Positions 37,721 through 46,435 of a DNA stretch of 64,000 nucleotides are shown piece after piece (positions within the stretch are counted from its first letter, which is position 1; each line of letters opens with the position of its first letter). The stretch comes from Actinomycetota bacterium (GTDB lineage Bacteria > Actinomycetota > Acidimicrobiia > Acidimicrobiales > Ilumatobacteraceae). The position numbers were made by a program, and so were the translations under genes. The notes under the pieces are model-generated. The model was not told the origin of the DNA. It worked only from the letters and a program-made list of their open reading frames with translations, and searched no databases. Location: assembly GCA_016213625.1 (NCBI GenBank), contig JACQZZ010000040.1:12778-76777 (forward strand), given 5' to 3'.

Positions 37721-39195
37721 CGTCAATTGGTCTGTCTCGGCGACTCTGGAAGGCGACACAGCGTACGGGACTACCGTCAGTTGGTTTGGTGGCGGGAACA
37801 TTGACGTACCTGGGATTGGCACGGCAATGGAGTGCCAACCTCGGGCGCGATGACGCACTTCTGGCCCTCGCGATGCTCGTCGCTGGCGCGGGCGCTGGCT
37901 TTGGAGCGGCAACGATTGCTCGATGGCCTGAGTCGTTCGGATTCGGCGAAATGCTCAGAGCGATCCCCGGTGGAGTGCGCCGCAGCCGGCTTGCTCTTGT
38001 TCAGGTGGTCATCGCAAATGTAGGCATCCTTCTCATCTTGGCGCTTCTGGCCGTACAGCTCCTTCGGCTCACCGGAGCAGTCGGCCGGCCGGACCCGTGG
38101 GAGCTGCTCAACGGAGCAGCCGCAGCGATGACCGTTGGCCTGCTCATCCTGATTCTCGCCGAAGTCGCGCGCTCCGATCGGCTCTTCGTTGTTCTCGCAA
38201 CCGTAGTGGTTGCTCTACAGCTCGTTCCCTACGTCGTTGGTGTCGGGGGCAGTCTGAGCTGGCTCGCGCCCTGGGTCCCCGTGGCGCTGCGAGGCACCCA
38301 ACCGTCTCCAGAAATCGTCTATCGGCCGATGCTGCTGCACACGGTGTACTTGGTACTTGCATCGGCCGCACTAGCGTTGGGCCTGACGGGTGAGAGGCGG
38401 TGGCAACGCGGCATTGCAGTGTGCATCGGTGCAATCACCGTCGCCGTTGGCGTCACATTGATGACCACGTCGATTCCACCCGGGGAAGCGACACGTCGCG
38501 TCGCGACGGCGGCTGCTGCAGCAACTCGGGCGGGCGAGACCTGCGTCCGACGAGATTTGGAAGGGTCTTCGCTCGAAGTCTGCCTCCTTCCCAGCTATGA
38601 ACGCTGGCGTCAGCCTCTGGAGGTCCTGATGTCTCAGGCCGTCGTGGCCAGTGCGAGGTTCGGCGCCCGCGGAACGGTGTCAGCCGTCCAGATCCTCATG
38701 CCGGCGCTCGGGCCTGACCTCAAGAACCCTGAGTGGTTCAACAGCCGAGTTGTGCAGGCGGGGGGTGATCTGGGCGCCGAAGTGATCACGTTCTCCACAG
38801 ACATCGGAGCGCCGGGAATCGACCCTGAGTTTGACGACCAAATGCGCTCGAGGATCGTCGCCTCGCTGTTCCGTCTACCGACGTCGCCTGCGCAGTACTT
38901 TGACGCGCAACTCAACGCGACAGTGTTCGGCGTCTGCGACGCCTCCGCGCTGCCCGATGCTCCAGCCGCGCTCGCTGCGTTGGCGCTGGCGTCCCCCCGG
39001 TTCGACTCGCTCCTCAACGCGGTCGCCGATCCGAACGCGGCTCGTGAGGCGTCCTTCGCCTTCACTGGCGTAACCTTCGACCTCGCGACCTACCGACAGG
39101 CGCGCGCGATGCTGAACCTGCCGGAACCTCCGACTGATGGTGTCAGTGTCGTGCATCCCGGCCAACTGCCGACGCCACCGTGCCCGACTCGATGA
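37693..39195 (+). CDS. ABC-associated membrane protein (about 7 TM plus a C-terminal domain of about 230 aa)
   Basis: Multiple hydrophobic helices followed by a soluble domain. Overlaps the ATPase gene end. True start uncertain. Confidence 0.65.
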   Translation: MPRCWWRTVTSIGLSRRLWKATQRTGLPSVGLVAGTLTYLGLARQWSANLGRDDALLALAMLVAGAGAGFGAATIARWPESFGFGEMLRAIPGGVRRSRLALVQVVIANVGILLILALLAVQLLRLTGAVGRPDPWELLNGAAAAMTVGLLILILAEVARSDRLFVVLATVVVALQLVPYVVGVGGSLSWLAPWVPVALRGTQPSPEIVYRPMLLHTVYLVLASAALALGLTGERRWQRGIAVCIGAITVAVGVTLMTTSIPPGEATRRVATAAAAATRAGETCVRRDLEGSSLEVCLLPSYERWRQPLEVLMSQAVVASARFGARGTVSAVQILMPALGPDLKNPEWFNSRVVQAGGDLGAEVITFSTDIGAPGIDPEFDDQMRSRIVASLFRLPTSPAQYFDAQLNATVFGVCDASALPDAPAALAALALASPRFDSLLNAVADPNAAREASFAFTGVTFDLATYRQARAMLNLPEPPTDGVSVVHPGQLPTPPCPTR

Positions 39196-39851
39196 TCCGC
39201 AACCTGCGTCTCGTGGTCGTGTATGGCCGGCAACTTCGATGGCGCTCTGTCGTCTCAGCGGTTGCAGCCGGAATGGCGCTATGCGCGCTGACGAAAGCCT
39301 CAGGCCTCTCGAGCCGCGCCGACGACGTGTCAGGGGCGACACGTGTCTCGTTGATCGTCGGGTTGTCGTTCCTCGCAGATGGGTTCGCCGACCCCATTGA
39401 GCACCAATGGATTGGCATGAGCGGTCGCGTGGTGGTCCGACGGGTTCTTCGTTCTGCAGTCCTGCTGATCGCAGGAGCGGTAGCGTCGGCGGTGATCGTC
39501 ACGTTCTGCCTCAACTTCGTCTACAGGCGGTCCGAGATGCCGTGGTGGACGCTCGTCCTTGAGGGCATGTGCCTGTCGGCGACTGTGATCGGTATCGGCG
39601 CAACCCTCGTATCGCTGCGTGGGCCTGGCAATCTGGGCGTCTTCACGTGGGTCTTCACGGCCATCACGCTGGGTGTCGTGCACGTGGCGGCCTCGGACTG
39701 GTGGGTCATCTTCGCTCCGACTCCGAGGAGCCCGACTTGGGTGGTCTCGCACGCTCACCTGGCCATCCTCGCCGCTGCATCATTGCTCACTGGGTTGGTT
39801 GCTTCCACATGGCAGGCCTGGAGGCGCACGTCTCTGAGTCCAGTCATGTGA
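39192..39851 (+). CDS. second membrane component (4-6 TM)
   Basis: ATG 39192 overlaps the upstream stop (ATGA). Hydrophobic throughout. Confidence 0.6.
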   Translation: MIRNLRLVVVYGRQLRWRSVVSAVAAGMALCALTKASGLSSRADDVSGATRVSLIVGLSFLADGFADPIEHQWIGMSGRVVVRRVLRSAVLLIAGAVASAVIVTFCLNFVYRRSEMPWWTLVLEGMCLSATVIGIGATLVSLRGPGNLGVFTWVFTAITLGVVHVAASDWWVIFAPTPRSPTWVVSHAHLAILAAASLLTGLVASTWQAWRRTSLSPVM

Positions 39852-39927
39852 GCACCGTCGCGAGCTTCGGCACGATGGCTCGACTCTTCGATCGCGACGG
39901 TTCAGGGTTGCGACGTGGCAATCAATG

Positions 39928-42419
39928 TCACGGCGAATGGTCAAGTGCGAGCTGGTTCCCGCCTGCACGATGAAGCGACCGAATCAGGTCCAATCCTGGA
40001 GTCGCGCTCATGGGTCCCAGCCCATGGCTGCGGTCGATGCTCGGATCGTCGTCAAAGTCATCGGCGACGACGTAGACCCGGGTGTCGGACCGGGCACGGC
40101 TGAGCGCTGTGTAGCCGGCCTCGCGGTACAGGTCCTCGGTCGCGAGGACGAGGGCCTCGTCGGCTGTGAGGCCTTGCGCCTTGTGGATCGTCATCGCGTA
40201 GCCGTGATCGAGGTGGCCTGCGTCCAGGTAGCTGGTCGGCACCATCCGATCGGTTCCGTCGGTCAGGCGGACGGTCAGCAATCGGGCCTCGGGATCGACG
40301 GCGGTGACCACGCCGCGAAGTCCGTTCAACAAGCCGTCTGCGCGCTGGTTCCTGAGGCACACCACGCGATCGCCGGTTCGGAACTCGCGACCCCGGGCGA
40401 CGAGAGCCTCCGGGCCGAGTCGCCGACCGTTGAGCATCTCTCGCCGTGCACGACGGTTGAGGTCGGCGACGTCGTCGCGACGAAGGGCGAGGATCACGAC
40501 GTCGCGTTTGAAGCCGAGCTGTGTCGACCAGTGCGAGATCAACTGCTGCTTGGCACTGTCGGCGGTGTCGCCGATGTGGATGCGACCGTGAGCTTGGTAG
40601 GCCGCGAGGAAGCGACCCACCTCACCGGCACGAAGGTCGGCGAGCGCGACCCGTTCCCATGCGTGTCGCTGCCGGCGGTTCTCGGTGAGACCGATCGTCG
40701 GCATGCGCTTCTCGAGCCCGCGCAGCACGCCGCCGGCTTCGATCGACTGGAGCGCTGGTGGGGATCACCGACCAGGATGAGTCGCGAGCCGCCGGCATCC
40801 GCCGCGTCGAACAGGCGAGCGAGGGCTCGGGTCCCGACCATCGCGGCCTCGTCGATGACGAGCACCGTCTTGTCGTCGAGCTGCTCGGTGCCACGGTCGA
40901 GGTCGATCAGCAGCTGGGCGATCGTGCGTGACGGGATGTGCGCCTGATCCTCCAGCTCTTTGGAGGCCCGGGCCGCGAGCGAGGCGCCGATCACCCGGTA
41001 GTGGCTGCCCTCCCAAATCTCGCGGGCGAAGTTGAGGCTGTACGTCTTCCCGCTTCCGGCCGCAGCGATGAGGCAGTCGACGAGCCGCTCACCGGTGAGC
41101 AGGCGATGCACTGCGGCGCGCTGCTCACCGGACAGGCCGGGCTTGGCGGCGAGCACGAGCTTCGTGACCGAAGGCAGAAGTTGTGGGCGAGGCGTGGTGC
41201 TGCGCCGAACAGCGAGGCCAATGATCCGCTGCTCCAACGCCAGCAGCTCGCGGGTCGAGTAGCGGCGAGTGACCGTGCCGATCCGCCGGCCGGAACGCAG
41301 CTCGACGTCCTCGCTGCCGTTCGTGTCGACGCCGAGGTCGACCGCCACCGGATCTTCGAGCAGCCGCGAGGTGACCCGCTCGACCTCGTCGATCGTTGCT
41401 CCGTCGATGGCCCGCTCGGCGAGGTCGCGCAGCACGTCGAGACGAGTGAACGTCGACTTCCTGTGCGTCAACCCCTTCGGGCTCAGCGCGGTCGGGATCT
41501 CGTCGTCGAGCACGAGCGCCCGCCGGGGACGGTCGAGCAGTTGATCCAGTGACGCCGGCTCGAAGCCGATCGACTCGGACTCGCGTTGCCACCGCTCGCG
41601 CAGGGTCTGGTCCGACTCCGGGTCCGCCTTGCGGTCGCGTGTGCTGAGCGCCGCGACCTGCGCGGCCCGACCACTGGAGTAGCCCTTGATCGCGAGCCGG
41701 TCTTCGATCTGGCTCCGCCGCTTGGAGAAGTGCCGCAACACCGCGGCGGGAACGCCGTCCATCTCGGAGATGCCGTTGCGCGCCGGCCGCCACTGGACTC
41801 CGAAGCGGTTGGTCAGCTCGTAGCGCATCTCGGCCTCGAACAGGAAGCCGGCGGTGCGCAGCGCCGGGTAGACGCGAGTGCCGTCGAGGGTGCGCCACCG
41901 GCCGTCGGGGCCTCGGGTCGTGTTGGCGACGAGCACGTGCCAGTGGAGCTGCGGGTCGCCGGCCCGGCTGGTGCGGTGACGGAACGCGGCCGCGACGTAG
42001 CCGTCGCCGTCGATGTGCTCGAGACCGTTGTGGCCGCGTCGGCTGAAGCAGGCGTTGTCCTCGAGCCAGGCGATCGACCGGGCGACCGCGACCTCACATG
42101 CGTCGACGATCTGTTCCGACAGCTCCGGCCGCAGCGCGGCGAGCACCGAGACTGACTTCGGCATGGAGAAGGTGAGGTCGAAGCCGGGCACGGTTCGGTT
42201 GCGCGCACCGAGCATCGAGCCGTCAGGAGCGGTGCCGGCGAGGATCGCCCGCAACGTCTCGGGCGTCACCTCACCGTCGAGGCCGAGCAGCTCGGCTCCC
42301 CGGCCGGCCCAGTACCCCGGCGCCTCACCGCGACCGACGTAGTAGTCCTCCGCACCCTTCGCGACCGCGTCGAGGTAGTACCCGTCGCTGCCCCGACCGA
42401 GCTTCGCCAGCGACAGCAT
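39928..42419 (-). pseudogene. MobF/TrwC-type relaxase-helicase, frameshifted
   Basis: Relaxase motif FRHRTSRAGDPQLHWHVLVAN, helicase Walker A AAAGSGKT and VLVIDEAAMV. The frame breaks after LVGDPHQ at about 40747-40760 and homology continues as LQSIEAGGVLRGLEKR... in ORF 39928..40728. Confidence 0.85.
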
Positions 42420-42611
42420 CACAACCACCCCAACCCGCCGTACGGCGAGCGGCCGAACGGGCTCGAGCCGGCGGTGCCGGACACGACAGAAAGTGGACGC
42501 ACTTGCATCACGGCTGCGATGGCGTCGCTGCGGCGACAGTCGCGTTCGCGTCCCACTGCTGAGGTGCCGGCGGCCGGCCGGCAAACAGCGTTCGCCTCGG
42601 CGGCACAGGGT

Positions 42612-42640
42612 CTACCTGCGCCGGCTACCGGCGCAGGTAG
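42612..42640. other. perfect 13-bp inverted repeat, candidate oriT or terminator hairpin
   Basis: CTACCTGCGCCGG-CTA-CCGGCGCAGGTAG, 193 nt upstream of the relaxase start. Confidence 0.6.
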
Positions 42641-42710
42641 GCGGCCGGCCAAGAGACGCCGTGTTGGCCATCGAGGCGGATAGAGCGAGGAGCAGCGCAT
42701 GAGGACCTCC

Positions 42711-42812
42711 GGCGCGTCCAGGCCGACCCGACGTCGGCCTGAGAGGCAGAAGGTGCGCCAGCAATGTTGCTGACCACGCGACTGCGACCACAGTCGCGTG
42801 GTCAGTCGCGTG
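42711..42812 (+). repeat. direct repeat A, about 100 bp with two hairpins
   Basis: GGCCGACCCGACGTCGGCC and TGACCACGCGACT..AGTCGCGTGGTCA hairpins. About 85% identical by eye to 43291-43380. Confidence 0.8.
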
Positions 42813-42948
42813 GCGACAACGCGAATGCTGACGCGGAGGGGGCTTTGGAGCGGCGTCGGAAGAGCCGTCAGTCGGGAGGGTGAACACAGCCGCCTGCAAG
42901 GAGCGCCGGCCGGGGATCTCTGTAACACCTCTCAGGCAGAGTGGCGGC

Positions 42949-43281
42949 ATGTGGCAGGGCCTCATCATCACCGTCGTCGTCATCCTCTGGAAGGTGCTGT
43001 CGTTCATCGACGCGTACCTCGATGGCCGGCTTGCAACGAGGGTAGGGAGGGCTGTCGTCGTTGGGATCGCCGCGATCTCGTGGCTGGCGCCTGGCGCCTT
43101 CGCCGCAGGGACGAAGCAGTTCGTCGATGCAGAATCGAAAGTGCTCACATCGTGGCTGACGCGATCGCTTCGTGACGTCCTTGATTGGCCGATCAATGTG
43201 CTGGTCCCTACAACGCCGTCCACAACGACGACCACGACAACGACCACGACGACGTCCGACCCGAGCACCGTCGGGAACTGA
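42949..43281 (+). CDS. small membrane protein with poly-Thr C-terminus
   Basis: ATG 42949 within ORF 42880..43281. Two hydrophobic segments and PSTTTTTTTTTTTSDP. Flanked by direct repeats A and B. Confidence 0.45.
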   Translation: MWQGLIITVVVILWKVLSFIDAYLDGRLATRVGRAVVVGIAAISWLAPGAFAAGTKQFVDAESKVLTSWLTRSLRDVLDWPINVLVPTTPSTTTTTTTTTTTSDPSTVGN

Positions 43282-43290
43282 TCGGCTTCG

Positions 43291-43380
43291 GGCGCGTCGA
43301 GGCCGACCGGATGTCGGCCTGAGGTCCCGAAGGTGCACCAGCGATGTTGCTGACCACGCGATCGCGTGATCAGTCGCGTG
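43291..43380 (+). repeat. direct repeat B, copy of 42711-42812
   Basis: GGCGCGTCGAGGCCGACCGGATGTCGGCCTGAGG...GATGTTGCTGACCACGCGATCGCGTGATCAGTCGCGTG. Confidence 0.8.
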
Positions 43381-43526
43381 CCTCGGAACGCGAGTGCGCC
43401 CGCCGTCGCGTGCGATCGACGCGACTGAGCACGCGACTGCTCAAGGAATTCGTGCTCGACGTGCTGCGCTCGGGCAGAAACGGCCTCTGTATCCGGGTGA
43501 ACGAACTCGATCGAACGGAGCACTCC

Positions 43527-43754
43527 ATGCACGCCACGGCACAAGATCTCACCGATCTCGACGACGACCTTCGACTCGTCACCCTGCCCGAGGCGGCCCG
43601 CTTCCTGTGCGTGAGCCGCGGCACGCTCTACGACCTGCTCACCTCCGGGCAACTCCCGTCGGTGCACATCGGTCGCGCCCGCCGGGTTCTGATGGGTGAG
43701 CTGCGCCGCTTCGTTCGGGAACGGCTCGAGCGCGACACCCTCCAGGTACGGTGA
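43527..43754 (+). CDS. excisionase-family (MerR-like) HTH DNA-binding protein
   Basis: ATG 43527 within ORF 43344..43754. LVTLPEAARFLCVSRGTLYDLLTSGQLPSVHIGRARRV. Confidence 0.8.
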   Translation: MHATAQDLTDLDDDLRLVTLPEAARFLCVSRGTLYDLLTSGQLPSVHIGRARRVLMGELRRFVRERLERDTLQVR

Positions 43755-44251
43755 CGTTCATGGCCACTCCGACCGACGGACGCAGCACGATCGAGTACTT
43801 GCTCGGCCGAGGCCGCCTCGAACGGATCGACGGAAAGACGGCCGGGGACTCAGCCGCGACGATCATCGGGCGGGCTGCACGGCGCCTGCTCACTGCCGAC
43901 GGCGGGCTGAACGCGGGCGACGTCGAAGGCGCATTCGCTGCTGCCTACGACGCGTACCGGATGGCCGCCGAAGCACTGCTCATCCGCCAAGGGTTGCGCG
44001 CGACCGGCGGCGAGGGCTCGCACATGACCGTCGAGGATGCCATCAGCGCCGAGTACGCGAAACAGATCCCCGGGCTCGCCAAGCCGACGTTCGAGCGCCT
44101 TCGGCGCACTCGCCACTCGGCGCAGTACTTCGACCCGTCCAGCGCCGAGATCAGCCCCGAGGACTCCGCTTGGGCGCTGTCGACGGCGCGGACCGTCGTC
44201 GAGGCGGTCGGGGGACTTCTGACAACCGATCCTCCGGATCTGTTCGAATAG
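43751..44251 (+). CDS. HEPN-domain protein (SAV_6107-like)
   Basis: GTG 43751 overlaps the xis stop (GTGA); alternative ATG at 43760. Helical, with an ERLRRTRHSAQY R-x(4-6)-H motif. Confidence 0.65.
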   Translation: MTFMATPTDGRSTIEYLLGRGRLERIDGKTAGDSAATIIGRAARRLLTADGGLNAGDVEGAFAAAYDAYRMAAEALLIRQGLRATGGEGSHMTVEDAISAEYAKQIPGLAKPTFERLRRTRHSAQYFDPSSAEISPEDSAWALSTARTVVEAVGGLLTTDPPDLFE

Positions 44252-44834
44252 TCGTCAGCGGCACCGGCACCATCGGGCGTCCAGCGACGGTGTCGTGGAA
44301 CGTGCCGCTGCCCTCGATCAGCCAGTCGGTTGCTCGGATGGTGACCTGGACAGCTCGCCCGAGCCGGCGCTCGGCAGAACTGACGGCGGCGTACACCTCG
44401 TCGCGGTCCGGTCCTCCGAGTACCAGGAGGTCGATGTCGCCCACTGGTCGATCGCCCTCCTCACCGGAGAACCGTGCCGCCCAGGACCCGTAGACGTAGG
44501 CGGCGTCGATCCCGCTGACGCCGGCGAGCGCCTGACCGAGCACCCATGGAACGCCGAACGCCTTGACGAGCACGTCCGACAGCCCGCTGAAGTACGGGCT
44601 GGCCGGGTCGGAGCGGATGAGCCGTGTTCTTCCGACGAGCCGACTCGTCACGAGACCCGCGGCCACCGCGCGTTCGACCTCGCGGTGGACGGAGGCATAC
44701 GGGATCCCGGTTCGCTCGGTGAGCTCAGCCAGGCTGTGCTCGATCGACGGGTCGCCGAGGATGAGCGCCAGCAACTCGGCCTGCTGCTGTGACCGGAAGA
44801 TCGGCAGGAGTGACGGTGTCGGCGCTCTGTCCAC
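44151..44834 (-). CDS. winged-HTH + minimal nucleotidyltransferase (MNT) protein
   Basis: wHTH (SLAELTERTGIPYASVHREVERAVAAGLV). NTase motif YVYGSWAARF...VGDIDLLVLG. The 3' end overlaps the HEPN gene by 101 nt. Confidence 0.75.
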   Translation of the reverse strand: MDRAPTPSLLPIFRSQQQAELLALILGDPSIEHSLAELTERTGIPYASVHREVERAVAAGLVTSRLVGRTRLIRSDPASPYFSGLSDVLVKAFGVPWVLGQALAGVSGIDAAYVYGSWAARFSGEEGDRPVGDIDLLVLGGPDRDEVYAAVSSAERRLGRAVQVTIRATDWLIEGSGTFHDTVAGRPMVPVPLTTIRTDPEDRLSEVPRPPRRRSAPSTAPKRSPRG

Positions 44835-44860
44835 AAACTGGATGATATCTCTCAGTTTGT
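44833..44860. promoter_or_regulatory. palindromic operator candidate at the wHTH-NTase start
   Basis: ACAAACTG-N12-CAGTTTGT, a perfect 8-bp inverted repeat in a locally AT-rich stretch overlapping the GTG start. Confidence 0.45.
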
Positions 44861-44939
44861 AAGAAGTCGAGCGAATGATCGCCTGCCTCGGTTGCGATCC
44901 AGTCGAGGAGCGAGCTCAATCTTGCTCGAAGGTGCGGCG

Positions 44940-45251
44940 ATGCCCGACGAGCAGACACGAGACCTGAGCACATCCGTTGGCCAATCCAGGATCTGGTTGG
45001 TGCGCTCGCGCGGCCAACAGGATGGTGCCGTCGCAGCGTTCTGGGAGCGGATCGACGCGGAGGCCTACGTCGCAGCGCGACATGCGGCCAACCCGGGCCA
45101 GCCGGCGGTTCTCAGCCAGCTTGAGGTGCAGGGCGGGCGCCGGTGTCGGCTCTGTGGCGAGCCCATCGTGCTCGACGATCCATCCGACGCGGAGTCCTGG
45201 CGACACGCCGATGACGCCAACGATCTGGGCGACCACACGGCCGAGGCGTAA
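44940..45251 (+). CDS. hypothetical protein (103 aa)
   Basis: ATG 44940 within ORF 44892..45251. Protein-like. A degraded paralogous 3' fragment lies at about 45960-46088. Confidence 0.5.
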   Translation: MPDEQTRDLSTSVGQSRIWLVRSRGQQDGAVAAFWERIDAEAYVAARHAANPGQPAVLSQLEVQGGRRCRLCGEPIVLDDPSDAESWRHADDANDLGDHTAEA

Positions 45252-45407
45252 CTGCGGTGTCCAACGCCGTCGTGGCCATCACTGGCTCGCGCTCGGTCGA
45301 CGTGAGGCGGATGTCGGCCCACGCCGTACATTCGCTGTCCACCCCGGTTCGCAGCGCTCGACCAGCTGTCATGACTTCAGTAGGGGCTTTCGGCTTCTTG
45401 AACCAGG

Positions 45408-45953
45408 TCAGTTCAAGTCACCGGCGTTGAACAGATCGCCCAGCGACCGATGAAGAGCAACGAGGCGACCAATCAGGGCTTTGAGGTCGTCTATGTCGGC
45501 TTGAACCCACACGATGTGATCGCCGTCCTCGCCGCGCTTCGCTGGAGTTACTGGGCGCCATCCCCGGGGAGGCAGACCCCCATGGAAGGGCCACAGACTG
45601 TGCACGAGCTCATTGCGCCTGTCCATCAGGTCCTCGAATTCGGTTCGAACCGCGAGCAAACGCGGCGAAGGCGTTCGGACTCTGGCGATTCGGTCGAACT
45701 TCTCCAGCAGCCTCGCGGACTGCCAACCGGCAATCGCGTCTTCTGAGGCGTGCATCAACGTCATTACGACGTGCGAGAACACGTTCTCGACGAGCGCCGC
45801 CGTCATCACGATCCTGCCGATCGCTCGAATGAAGTCCTCGGGGACGAAGCCGAACATGTTGGCCGGAACGCCGAATTCGTCAGGCTCGTTCCACACTTCC
45901 GTCAAGCTAATCGGGCCGGCGTTCTGGGGCACGCCGACACGCCTCCACACCAA
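45408..45953 (-). CDS. hypothetical protein with HEPN-like RNELVH (Rx4H) motif
   Basis: Helical composition. MDRRNELVHSLW fits the HEPN active-site pattern. Start may be ATG 45857. Confidence 0.55.
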   Translation of the reverse strand: MVWRRVGVPQNAGPISLTEVWNEPDEFGVPANMFGFVPEDFIRAIGRIVMTAALVENVFSHVVMTLMHASEDAIAGWQSARLLEKFDRIARVRTPSPRLLAVRTEFEDLMDRRNELVHSLWPFHGGLPPRGWRPVTPAKRGEDGDHIVWVQADIDDLKALIGRLVALHRSLGDLFNAGDLN

Positions 45954-46435
45954 GCAGCGCGTCGCGCTGCCGGCGCGGGCGACGTGCCGTTCTATGCGCT
46001 CTCGTGGTCGGGCGAGCGTCGTCGGTGTCGGCTGTGCACTGAGTCGTTGGTGCTCGACAAGTGCGCCGATTCTGAGTCTTGGCGATAGCTACTGGTTGAG
46101 AGCTTGCAGACGCTCGGCGAGCATTCGGCTCGCCCGAACACTCTCGATCGCCTCCGCTTCCGCGTCGGTCGGCGGCTCTGTCCAGTACGGGTCGGAGTCG
46201 TCGATCGCGGGCCATGGCGTGGGCAGGAAAGGTAGCGACGGGAGGCGCGGCTGCAGTCGGAAAGAGTGCAGCGACGGCGACTGGCGCGCTAGCCGTGAAG
46301 GCCGTGGCGGCCTACCTCGGTATCGGGTAGGGGCGTAGGCCGCTGACGCCACGTGAACCACGACGTCTTGCGCTCAGTGGGGGAAGCCGTTGTCGGTGGC
46401 GGGGAGGTCCGTCCGGTCGTGGCGGGCCGAAAGTC

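Noticed and set aside
42419-42928. 169-aa minus-strand ORF directly upstream of the relaxase, as a MobC/RHH accessory protein; also 42612..43667
   Set aside because: The composition is Arg/Pro/Cys-rich and not protein-like. The ORFs run through the hairpins and direct repeats and are antisense to the xis and membrane-protein genes.
46089-46361. 90-aa minus-strand ORF
   Set aside because: Only the last 40 or so residues look like a real peptide. The N-terminal part is Pro/Arg/Ser-rich and there is no internal start codon. It is left unannotated but mentioned in a finding.
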